Below are positions 8,679 through 16,565 of a stretch of DNA of 64,000 nucleotides, piece after piece. Position 1 is the stretch's first letter, and every line of letters starts with the position of its first letter. Origin of the DNA: Thermoplasmata archaeon (GTDB lineage Archaea; Thermoplasmatota; Thermoplasmata; Lutacidiplasmatales; UBA184). Where the stretch lies: contig JAGWLG010000002.1 of the NCBI GenBank assembly GCA_028864975.1, positions 101,600-165,599 of the forward strand, given 5' to 3'. Under the pieces are notes generated by a model. The model searched no databases. It was not told the DNA's origin and saw nothing but the letters and a program-made list of their open reading frames with translations. The position numbers and the translations under genes were made by a program.

Positions 8679-9400
8679 AGCTCGTTCTGCACCCCGAGCG
8701 CCCTTCCACACCCTCGGCATCGCAGTGCCGACAGAGCGTTATCCCACCCGCAACTCGTGCAGCTGACCGAGATCGCGCCGATGGGGGGCGGGGGGGCACC
8801 CCCGCCCGGCCTTCCGTCGGACGTGCCCCCTCCAAGCGGGCCAGGGAACGTGAGCGGGGGAAGCCTCCGCTGGGCCTCCCGGACCCCCAGGTAGACCTGG
8901 AGAGGTCCCACCAAGAGCGGCAACAGCGTCAACGCGGCACCCATCCGGATCCTCTCGCTGCTGAACCGAACGCCCGCGCGATAGACCCCGACCAGGGTCG
9001 CGGCGTAGCCGGCCAAGAGCACCACCCCTCCCACGAGAAGGGCGCTGGGGGTCGTCCAAAGGATGAGGCCGGTGAGCGCGAGACCGACCACCGAAAGGGG
9101 AGCATAGGCCCAGGGGACCTGGAAGGACGGCTTGTCGAGCTTTCGCAACACGTCGAGGGCGAGGTAGTAGGCGAGGAGGGAGGCAAGGTAGGCGAGGATG
9201 GAGGTGATGGCGACCGAGGTGGAGACGGTGAGGAGACCTGCGGGGCCCCCCAGGAGGGTGACCAGGGAACCGAGGCTCGAGATGAACAGGGACGTGAACG
9301 CGACGAAGAGGAGAACCATCGCCTGGGAAGCCAGGGAGAAGGTCGCCCCCCACCGAAGGAAGTGGAGGGCATCCGTGTCCAGTGGCCGGGTGCTCCACAT
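8675..9400 (-). CDS. Polytopic membrane protein with C-terminal zinc ribbon
   Basis: About six hydrophobic helices, then a Gly/Pro linker and CTSCGWDNALSALRCRGCG. No family can be named with confidence. Confidence 0.6.
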   Translation of the reverse strand: MWSTRPLDTDALHFLRWGATFSLASQAMVLLFVAFTSLFISSLGSLVTLLGGPAGLLTVSTSVAITSILAYLASLLAYYLALDVLRKLDKPSFQVPWAYAPLSVVGLALTGLILWTTPSALLVGGVVLLAGYAATLVGVYRAGVRFSSERIRMGAALTLLPLLVGPLQVYLGVREAQRRLPPLTFPGPLGGGTSDGRPGGGAPPPPIGAISVSCTSCGWDNALSALRCRGCGRALGVQNEL

Positions 9401-9422
9401 TCCGGACGCATGGGGGGTCGAT

Positions 9423-9431
9423 GGCTATTGG
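9423..9431 (-). promoter_or_regulatory. TATA-like box (CCAATAGCC on minus strand), leaderless spacing to ATG 9400
   Basis: Centre lies about 27 nt upstream of the start codon. Confidence 0.25.
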
Positions 9432-9513
9432 ACCTTCCGAAGGAGGGAGGGGGGAAGCGTTCCCCAGCCTTTCGGCCCACCAAGAACGCGCCCTAAGGCG
9501 CTGGGAAGGGGAA

Positions 9514-9579
9514 GGCTCGGGTGGGGTAGGCTCTTGGTCTCGCGGACGGTGCCACCGGAGACGCTACCCCACCTGAGCC
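9514..9579. other. 66-nt extended hairpin / imperfect palindrome in divergent intergenic region
   Basis: GGCTCGGGTGGGGTAG (9514-9529) pairs with CTACCCCACCTGAGCC (9564-9579), giving 16 bp with one G-U. An inner stem is GTCTC/GAGAC, then CGG/CCG. Function unknown. Confidence 0.5.
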
Positions 9580-9718
9580 CGAGGCCAAATGTACAATGCC
9601 GTCGCCGTCCTAAATAGCTAACTCCGAACCTCGGAACACGTGAAATGTGCTGGGGGAGGGGTCCGCGAACTTCCCACCCCCCTAGCTTCCGAACTGAAAC
9701 CACCAAGAACCTGAGCGC

Positions 9719-11182
9719 TTGAAGACCGTTCGAGCGGAGGGGGGGAGGACCGCCAACGTGAGGGCGACCCGACGACAGGGGGGCCACCGGCCCGCCATCC
9801 GTAGCTCCGCACGGCCGGCCACGACCGCTCTTGGCGGGAGGGCGGGGGGACCGCTTCGCGCCCCACATGGCCTCCCGTTGGAGGTCTCGTCCGAGGTCCT
9901 CGCCCAGGTCGATCACGATGCCTCGGGGGCGCGTGGCCGTCCATCCGCCCGGGTCTGCCCCAAGACCGAGAGGGACGTCGTGGCCTTGGTCCGGTGGGCA
10001 CGCCGCCACCACATCCCCCTGGTCCCGCGGGGAGCGGGAACCTCGCTCGACGGAGAGAGCGTCCCACGGCGCGGCGCGGTCGTCGTCGACCTCTCGCGGA
10101 TGGACCGGATCCTTGAGGTCCGCGAGGAGGACCTCTGGGCCCGCGTCGAACCCGGACTGGTCAACTACCGACTGCAAGAGGCGCTGCGCCCGAAGGGGCT
10201 GTTCTACCCCCCCAATCCCGGGAGCTGGGAGTCTTCCACCATTGGGGGGAACGCCTCGACCAACGCTTCCGGGTTCCGCTCCTTCCGCTACGGCCCCACA
10301 CGAGCGTGGGTGATCCGTGCCCGGGCGGTCCTCGGCACGGGGGAGGTCGTCCAGGTGGGCACGCTCTCCGCGAAGCGTTCCGCCGGACCGGACCTCCTCA
10401 CTTCGCTCTTGGGCAGCGAGGGGACCTTCGCGATCTTCACCGAGCTGACGCTCCGACTGGTCCCGACCCCGGCTCGCCGTGTGGGGCTCCTCGCCCAGGT
10501 CCCCGAGGGGGTCTCGCTCGGGCATTTGGCGCAAGGCCTCCAGTGGGCCCGACGGGAAGGTCTCTCGGCCGTGGAATGGGTGGATGCACGGGTCGGGGCG
10601 GCGCTCCTGCGAGGCACCGGACTTCCGCTTCGGGAGGGTCGCGGAGCGCTCCTGCTGGAGGTCGAGGTCCCGCGGGAGATCGCGGACACCGTCCTCGAGC
10701 GATGGTCGGTCGCGCTCAAGGGCTTGGGGCTGCCAGAAGAGGTGGGGTTGTTCGAGGACGCGGACCAGCTGTGGAAGGCTCGCGGGAAGGCGGGAACCCT
10801 CCTCGACAAGGAGGTGGGGGAGAGGGTCCGGGAGGACGTGGCCGTCCCGCTCTCCTCCTGGGACCGACTGATCGAAGGGGTCCAAGAGCTCGCACAACGC
10901 CACGAGGTCGGGTTGCTCATGTACGCCCATCTGGGGGAGGGCAGCCTCCATCCGAACTTCATAGTCGACCCCGTCTCCCCCCTCGCGCGACGCCTCCGGC
11001 GCGAGCTCTGGGAGCTCGCTTGGTCCCTGGACGGCACCGCGAGCTCCGAACACGGGCTCGGGTCGCTCAAGGCCGGAGCGTTCGTGCGTGAGCACGGGCC
11101 CGCGGCCGTGCGGGCGCTGCGCGCCCTGAAGCAGAGCTGCGACCCCGACGGGATCCTGAACCCCGGGAAGTTCTGGGGCTGA
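9719..11182 (+). CDS. FAD-linked oxidase (GlcD / D-lactate dehydrogenase-like)
   Basis: FAD-binding PCMH-type motifs VPRGAGTSLDGESVP and GGNASTNASGF. C-terminal SSEHGLGSLK...DPDGILNPGKF. The start is uncertain: TTG 9719 is the longest option, and TTG 9878 sits just before the conserved core. Confidence 0.85.
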   Translation: MKTVRAEGGRTANVRATRRQGGHRPAIRSSARPATTALGGRAGGPLRAPHGLPLEVSSEVLAQVDHDASGARGRPSARVCPKTERDVVALVRWARRHHIPLVPRGAGTSLDGESVPRRGAVVVDLSRMDRILEVREEDLWARVEPGLVNYRLQEALRPKGLFYPPNPGSWESSTIGGNASTNASGFRSFRYGPTRAWVIRARAVLGTGEVVQVGTLSAKRSAGPDLLTSLLGSEGTFAIFTELTLRLVPTPARRVGLLAQVPEGVSLGHLAQGLQWARREGLSAVEWVDARVGAALLRGTGLPLREGRGALLLEVEVPREIADTVLERWSVALKGLGLPEEVGLFEDADQLWKARGKAGTLLDKEVGERVREDVAVPLSSWDRLIEGVQELAQRHEVGLLMYAHLGEGSLHPNFIVDPVSPLARRLRRELWELAWSLDGTASSEHGLGSLKAGAFVREHGPAAVRALRALKQSCDPDGILNPGKFWG

Positions 11183-12284
11183 CCCACACGAGCATCTTGC
11201 AGGTCGCCGTCGGGAGGGGAAGGGCGGGGAGCTCACGCGCCGTGACCCAGCGCAAGGTTCGCTCGACTCCCAGGGGGTGGCCGGTTCCCTTCGTCCCGGC
11301 GAGCCGAAAGACGTGGAGGGTCGCGTGGAAATGGCTGTAGTCATGTTCGACATCGCCCAAGTGCTCGACCACGCTCGTGCGCAGGCCGGCCTCCTCTCGG
11401 AACTCTCGGATGATGGCGGCCTCCGCGGACTCTCCCGGCTTCAGCTTGCCCCCCGGGAACTCCCAAAGGCCGCCGAGCAACCCGCCGGGAGGCCGCTGAC
11501 CCACGAGCCATCGTCCCTCGCGCTCGAGGAGACCCACCGCGGCCTCCACGCGAGGGCGGACGGGTCGGGGCCGGCGCGGCGGGAAGGCCCCGGGATCGGG
11601 GAGCTCTTGACGTGCCGCGCACCGACGGGCGAGCGGACACGCGCCGCAGCGAGGGGAGCGCGCCGTGCAGTAGCGCTGCCCGAGCTCCATCAACGCCTCG
11701 TTGAACGCGCGCGGTGGGTGGCCACCTAGGGCCTGCCGCCCGAGGGCCTCGGCCCTGGGGGCGGTCTTCCCCCCCGAGGGGTCGATCAGGAACAATCGCG
11801 CGAGGACGCGCAGGGCGTTCGCATCCAACGCGACCACCGGGACACCGAAGGCGATCGCGGCCACGGCCCGGGACGTGTAGGGCCCGAAACCTGGGAGCTG
11901 CTCCATCTCCTCGACCTCGGAGGGGAGCTTCCCTTGGCGCCGGTGGATGAGGAACTGTGCGGCCTCGTGCAGTCGATGGGCACGCGCGTAGTATCCCGCC
12001 CCTTCCCACACCTTCAGAACCTCCTCGCGGCGGGCCTGGGCGAGCTCCTCGATCGTCGGAAAGGCGGCGAGGAAGCGCCCGTAGTACGGACGCGCCTGCT
12101 CGACCCGCGTCTGCTGGAGAAGCACTTCGGCGACCCAGATCCGATACGGGTCCCGGGTTCGACGCCACGGAAGGTCGAGGGCCTCTCGTTCGAACCATGC
12201 GACTAGCCTGTCGCCGACCTCCCGGACCCCCCGGGCCCACCGAGCGCTCTTCGGTCGCTTCACCCCCCGGCACGGGACCGTCAA
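11067..12284 (-). CDS. mutY: A/G-specific adenine DNA glycosylase MutY
   Basis: HhH-GPD core (WVAEVLLQQTRVEQ, GYYARA). Fe-S cluster loop CTARSPRCGACPLARRC (C-x6-C-x2-C-x5-C). C-terminal NUDIX-like domain (GGLWEFPGGK). The 3' end overlaps the convergent FAD oxidase by 116 nt. Confidence 0.85.
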   Translation of the reverse strand: MTVPCRGVKRPKSARWARGVREVGDRLVAWFEREALDLPWRRTRDPYRIWVAEVLLQQTRVEQARPYYGRFLAAFPTIEELAQARREEVLKVWEGAGYYARAHRLHEAAQFLIHRRQGKLPSEVEEMEQLPGFGPYTSRAVAAIAFGVPVVALDANALRVLARLFLIDPSGGKTAPRAEALGRQALGGHPPRAFNEALMELGQRYCTARSPRCGACPLARRCAARQELPDPGAFPPRRPRPVRPRVEAAVGLLEREGRWLVGQRPPGGLLGGLWEFPGGKLKPGESAEAAIIREFREEAGLRTSVVEHLGDVEHDYSHFHATLHVFRLAGTKGTGHPLGVERTLRWVTARELPALPLPTATCKMLVWVSPRTSRGSGSRRGRSSASGRAAPARPRARAHARTLRP

Positions 12285-12326
12285 GGTTCATGAGGTGCTA
12301 GTTCCGTGGGCGTACAGGGTGGGAGC

Positions 12327-12686
12327 ATGACCGCGAAGGACGAAGGGTCGGGACAGGGGGACTTGGCTAAGGTCACCGACGCGACGTTCGACGAGAAGGT
12401 CCTCCAGTCGCCGGTCCCGGTGGTCGTGGACTTCTACGCGGACTGGTGCGGCCCGTGCCGCCAGGCGGAGCCGTTACTCTCCCGTCTCTCCACGACCCTG
12501 CAGGGAAAGGTCCGGTTCGCACGTCTCAACGTGGACGAGAACGAGCAAACGGCGGAAAGCTACGGGGTCTATTCCATCCCCACGTTCATCTTCGTCGAGC
12601 GAGGTACCGAACGCGGGCGCCAGGTGGGACTCCTCGCGGAGAACGAGTTCCGCACGATCCTGAAGAAGTACTTCTCCTCGGTCTGA
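12327..12686 (+). CDS. trxA: Thioredoxin
   Basis: Active site WCGPCRQ in a classic thioredoxin context (VVVDFYADWCGPC...YGVYSIPTFIF). ATG 12327 is preferred over GTG 12306. Confidence 0.9.
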   Translation: MTAKDEGSGQGDLAKVTDATFDEKVLQSPVPVVVDFYADWCGPCRQAEPLLSRLSTTLQGKVRFARLNVDENEQTAESYGVYSIPTFIFVERGTERGRQVGLLAENEFRTILKKYFSSV

Positions 12687-12730
12687 CCTCCCCCGATCGT
12701 GAGGCCGGAAACCCTGCCGAGGCCGTGCTG

Positions 12731-14446
12731 ATGGAGGGCTCCGCCACGGTGGCCCCGCTCGGGCCCCCCCGCGAAGACCCGCCGGTCAAGCAGGACGGGG
12801 TCGCGGTCGTTCTCGGAGCCGGAAGCCCCTGGGGGGGCGTGCTCGCGGAAGCCCTCGCGCGCGAGAACTTCCTCCCCGTGCTCGTCGATGCGGCGGGAGA
12901 GGGCCTTGGGGCCGCTCGCGAACGCGTGCTCAGAACCGGGGCCAGCGCGGAAACGGTCTCCGCGGACCTTCGCGACCTGGAAGTTGTCCTGGCCCTGGGA
13001 CGGAAGTTGCCGACGGGACTCGGGACCCCCACGCTCTTGGTTCATGCGCTCCCCCCTCCCATCACCGGTCCCTTCCACGAACGCCGCTTTCCGGAGGTGG
13101 TCGAGGAGGTGCACCGTGGTTACTCCTCGCTGGTCGTGCTCGCGCGCGACCTGCTGCCGGCGATGATCGAGCGGCGGGAGGGCCGGATCATTGTCCTCGG
13201 GTCCGCAGCGGCCCGGGCGCCGCTCGCCAAGGCGGCGGTGCACTCGGCCCTCGCTGCCGCGCTCCCTGCGTTCCTGACGGCCCTGGACCGCGAGGTCCAC
13301 CGGCAGGGCGTGCGGATCTCCTACCTGGAACCGGCCGGTTACCCCTCCCCACCCCTTCCGGCGGAGACGGCGACGGGGGAGGGGCTTCCGAACGAAGCGC
13401 ACCGACGCTTCCTCGTAAGCGACGCCGCCGTCGCGCGCGCTTTCCTTTCCACCCTCCGCTCGCCCTCGGTCCGACACCGGTCGTTCCACGGGCACGGACG
13501 CGCCCCGCCCTCACCGACGGTCCTCCGGCGCTACGTGGAACGCGAGCTCCACGGCCGCCACCCCGAGGAGCCGAGGGAGCGATGGGCACCCGTCGTCGTT
13601 TCCCCAGAGTCGCTGCGAGGCAGGACCGCCGTGGTCACGGGTTCTTCACGAGGCATCGGGCGCGCGATCGCGCTCCGTCTCGCTCAACATGGAATGAAAG
13701 TGGTCCTCACCGGTCGCGACAAGGGGGCTCTGGAGAAGGTCGCCAAGGAGGTCCACTCCCTGGGCGGGGGGGCCCACCCGTGGGTCCAGGACCTTCAGGA
13801 ACGCGGGGCCGCCGAGAAGCTGTTCCGTTTCACGATGGAGGCCGGGGGAGCTCCCTACCTCCTGGTCAACAATGCAGGCCTGGGCTTCTTCCGTCGCCTG
13901 GTCCGTCAGGACGATGCACAGCTCCGCACCCAGATCGAGGTCGACCTGCTCGCCGTCCTGGCCCTGAGCCACGCTTTCCTCCCCGCGATGCTCGAAGGAG
14001 GATCGGGGCACCTCGTCGCCGTGGGGAGCCTATCGGCCGAGGCTCCCTTCCCTCGGCTCGCCCCCTACTCGGGGATCAAGGGGGCCGTGAAGGGCTTCTC
14101 CCTCGCCCTAGGGCGGGAGGTCGGCCATCGTGGCCTCAACTTCAGCGTGCTGGAGCCGACCACCGTGGACACCGACTTCATCGGGAGGGCTGGGGAGCCC
14201 GGGCGCCGCGACATGCGCGAGCGAGGGAGCCTCCGCCGGGTGATGATCGGTCCAGACGAGGTGGGGAGGGTCGCCGAACGGACCCTCCTGAGGCCTCGGC
14301 CGGTGGTGGTGGTCCCTCCTCGGATCCGACCGCTCATCTGGTTCTACCGCGGGCTGCTCCCCATCTCGGACCGGCTCCTCCGGCTCCCCCCGCCCTCCGC
14401 GGGCGGACCGAAGGGGGAGCACGGGAAGGCCTCGACGGGAGCGTGA
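12731..14446 (+). CDS. Tandem short-chain dehydrogenase/reductase fusion (degenerate N-terminal SDR-like domain plus canonical C-terminal SDR)
   Basis: The C-terminal half has TGSSRGIG, NNAG and S...YSGIKGAV (YxxxK). The N-terminal half has GAGSPWGG but lacks the NNAG and YxxxK equivalents. The track ORF 12446.. extends out of frame over trxA, so the start is taken at ATG 12731. Confidence 0.75.
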   Translation: MEGSATVAPLGPPREDPPVKQDGVAVVLGAGSPWGGVLAEALARENFLPVLVDAAGEGLGAARERVLRTGASAETVSADLRDLEVVLALGRKLPTGLGTPTLLVHALPPPITGPFHERRFPEVVEEVHRGYSSLVVLARDLLPAMIERREGRIIVLGSAAARAPLAKAAVHSALAAALPAFLTALDREVHRQGVRISYLEPAGYPSPPLPAETATGEGLPNEAHRRFLVSDAAVARAFLSTLRSPSVRHRSFHGHGRAPPSPTVLRRYVERELHGRHPEEPRERWAPVVVSPESLRGRTAVVTGSSRGIGRAIALRLAQHGMKVVLTGRDKGALEKVAKEVHSLGGGAHPWVQDLQERGAAEKLFRFTMEAGGAPYLLVNNAGLGFFRRLVRQDDAQLRTQIEVDLLAVLALSHAFLPAMLEGGSGHLVAVGSLSAEAPFPRLAPYSGIKGAVKGFSLALGREVGHRGLNFSVLEPTTVDTDFIGRAGEPGRRDMRERGSLRRVMIGPDEVGRVAERTLLRPRPVVVVPPRIRPLIWFYRGLLPISDRLLRLPPPSAGGPKGEHGKASTGA

Positions 14447-14477
14447 GGCTCGTAGGGCGAGGACGCCAGGTCCTCGC

Positions 14478-16058
14478 TCAGTGGCGGAAGACCCGCCACC
14501 CGGTGAAGTACATGGCGATCCCGTGCCGGTCCGCCATCTCGATCACCTCGCGATCTCGGATGGAGCCTCCGGGTTGCAGGATGACCTTCACTCCCGCCTT
14601 GCCCGCCTCCTCGATGCCGTCGGCGAAGGGGAAGTAGGCGTCGGAGGCAAGGACCGACCCTTGCGCCCGGGGCCCCGCGACCTCGAGGGCGAGACGCACC
14701 GCGCCCACCCGACTGGTCTGGCCGCCCCCGATTCCGACGGTCTCCGAGCCGCGGGCAAGGACGACGGCGTTGCTCTTGGCGTGGCGGACCACGCGCCAGG
14801 CGAAGTCCGCGGTCCGGAGCTCCTGCGCCGAGGCTCGGCCCTTGGTGACGGGCCGGAGGTCCTCGGCCTTGAGCGTCCGCTGGTCGGAGGCCTGGAGCAG
14901 GACCCTCCCCGTGGCGGTCCGCGCTTCCCACCTCGGGAGCTTCGGGTCGGGAGGGGCGACCTGGATGAGCTTGAGCTTCGGCCGCTTCGAGAGCCTCTCC
15001 TGGACCTGGGGGGGGAAGTCCGGCCCTGCCAGGAGGTCGATGAACGTCCCCTTCATCGCATCCACGGCCGCGACGTTGAGCGGCGCGTTGACCGCGATCC
15101 CGCACCCGTAGCGAGCCACCGGGTCCGTGGCGAGGGCCCGTGCGCAGGCGTCCTCGATGGTGGGGGCGCTCGCCGCCCCGCAAGGGGTCGCGTGCTTGAC
15201 GACGACCGCTGCAGGTCGGTCCAACTCGCTCACGAGCGCGAGGCTTCGTTCCAGGTCGAGGTAGTTGTTGTAGGAGAGGGCCTCCCCTTTGAGGACCTCG
15301 ATCGGCCAGGGTCGAAGCAAGGTCCCCGGAGGGCCCGCGACCGCCATGACCTGGGAGGGTTGGTGGGGGTTCTCCCCGTATCGAAGGGTCTCGCCCGTCG
15401 GGGTGAGAGCGATGAAGGCCGAAGAGATCCGGGCCGCCTCCGGAGCGGCCGATCCGTTCGAGAGCCAGGAGGTGACCGCTATGTCGTGGAGCGCGGTGGT
15501 CCGGAACGACTTCGCGGCGAGCCGTGCCCGGGTCGCGAGGGAGATCCCTCCACGTGCCGAGAGTTCCTCGAGGAGGGACTCGGTGTCGCCGGGGTCCGAG
15601 AACGGGACCACCCATCGGTGGTTCTTCGCGGCCGCCCTCAGGAGCGAGGGCCCGCCCACGTCGATCCACTCGAGGAGCGTCTCGGGAGGAAGGGTCCCCT
15701 TCGCCAGTTCCGATTCGAACGGGTAGAACAGGACGGCGACCAGGTCGAAGGGCAGGACCTTCCGCTGCTCAAGCTCCTTTACACCCTCCGCGGTCCGCGG
15801 AGCAAGGATCCCACCGAAGAGCGCGGGGTGCAGGGTGGCGACACGGTGCTCGAACCAACTTGAGATCCCGGTGATCTCTTCGGTGGGGTGGACCTGAAGT
15901 CCCTCGGCGGAGAGCCGTTTCTGGGTCCCGGAGCTCCCCCAAAGCTCGACCCCCTGGGACGCGAGCCCCTGGGCGAGCGGGAGCAGCGCGAGCGGGTCGA
16001 AGGCGGAGAGCAGAGCGCGACGCGGGACCACGAGCGCGTCTTCGGTGTCGGACCCCAA
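14478..16058 (-). CDS. purH: Bifunctional AICAR transformylase / IMP cyclohydrolase
   Basis: MGS-like N-terminal domain (RRALLSAFD..GTQKRL), conserved core, and the diagnostic C-terminus MYFTGWRVFRH. TTG start. Confidence 0.95.
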   Translation of the reverse strand: MGSDTEDALVVPRRALLSAFDPLALLPLAQGLASQGVELWGSSGTQKRLSAEGLQVHPTEEITGISSWFEHRVATLHPALFGGILAPRTAEGVKELEQRKVLPFDLVAVLFYPFESELAKGTLPPETLLEWIDVGGPSLLRAAAKNHRWVVPFSDPGDTESLLEELSARGGISLATRARLAAKSFRTTALHDIAVTSWLSNGSAAPEAARISSAFIALTPTGETLRYGENPHQPSQVMAVAGPPGTLLRPWPIEVLKGEALSYNNYLDLERSLALVSELDRPAAVVVKHATPCGAASAPTIEDACARALATDPVARYGCGIAVNAPLNVAAVDAMKGTFIDLLAGPDFPPQVQERLSKRPKLKLIQVAPPDPKLPRWEARTATGRVLLQASDQRTLKAEDLRPVTKGRASAQELRTADFAWRVVRHAKSNAVVLARGSETVGIGGGQTSRVGAVRLALEVAGPRAQGSVLASDAYFPFADGIEEAGKAGVKVILQPGGSIRDREVIEMADRHGIAMYFTGWRVFRH

Positions 16059-16092
16059 CGCCTCTTACCCCGACGTAAGTCGTACCCGGGGG

Positions 16093-16100
16093 AATAAAAT
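16093..16100 (-). promoter_or_regulatory. ATTTTATT tract: candidate oligo-T terminator after rnp2 and/or TATA box for purH
   Basis: It directly follows the rnp2 stop codon on the minus strand. Its centre is about 39 nt upstream of the purH start (16058). Confidence 0.3.
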
Positions 16101-16565
16101 CTACGGAAGGGGCTTCAGCCCGCCTTTCGCTCTCCAGGCCGTGGGTCGGAGGTGGGGACCCGCGAGCCAGCGTTTCGCGTCCTTGAGGGTGCCCCAGGTA
16201 CGGCACGTTCTCACGGCGAGCCCGCGCCCCAGGGCCCCCGAAGGTCCCGTCAGCGGACCGTTCCACGCCGCCCGCGCCGCAGGTAGGTCCTCGTGCGCGA
16301 CTTCGACGATCGCGCGGGAACGCTCGGTGCGAATGACGCGGACCCAAGGAAGGGGAGCGGAAGGGGGACGGCGGGCCCCTCCCCCGAATCGAAGTGCCAG
16401 AAGACGGGCGAGCTCTCGAGTGGAGGGGGGTTCTCCCCCCTCCACCTCGATCCCGACATAGCGGGAACGGGTTGGACGTGGCGAAGCGGGCGGTGCACGC
16501 GAGGGGTCGCGATCAGCTGACCTGGTCGATGCCCCCGGAGGTCTCGCCCTGGGCGTAGCCACCAC
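16101..16565 (-). CDS. rnp2: RNase P protein component 2 (Pop5 homolog)
   Basis: RYVGIEVEG, WVRVIRTERSRAIVEV and the C-terminal TWGTLKDAKRWL mirror archaeal Pop5 (RYIAFKV...GIVRC...SGTIKRLKRKFL). The only in-frame start (ATG 16565) overlaps the ftsZ 3' end by 53 nt. Confidence 0.65.
   Translation of the reverse strand: MVATPRARPPGASTRSADRDPSRAPPASPRPTRSRYVGIEVEGGEPPSTRELARLLALRFGGGARRPPSAPLPWVRVIRTERSRAIVEVAHEDLPAARAAWNGPLTGPSGALGRGLAVRTCRTWGTLKDAKRWLAGPHLRPTAWRAKGGLKPLP

Noticed and set aside
9514-9579. Hairpin interpreted as a tRNA, H/ACA guide RNA or C/D box sRNA
   Set aside because: There is no cloverleaf. The 16-bp lower stem and the 7x1 internal loop do not fit a pseudouridylation pocket. 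ACA lies 13 nt away from the stem, and there are no C or D boxes. It is kept only as an unexplained structure.
9425-11353. 642-aa ORF on the minus strand
   Set aside because: It is antisense to the well-supported FAD-linked oxidase. It has an Arg/Pro/Gly-rich composition and no motifs. This is a typical stop-codon-poor shadow frame of a GC-rich gene.
12446-12730. 5' extension of the 666-aa ORF across trxA
   Set aside because: It overlaps the thioredoxin gene in another frame and has no SDR similarity. ATG 12731, just after the trxA stop, precedes the first Rossmann motif.
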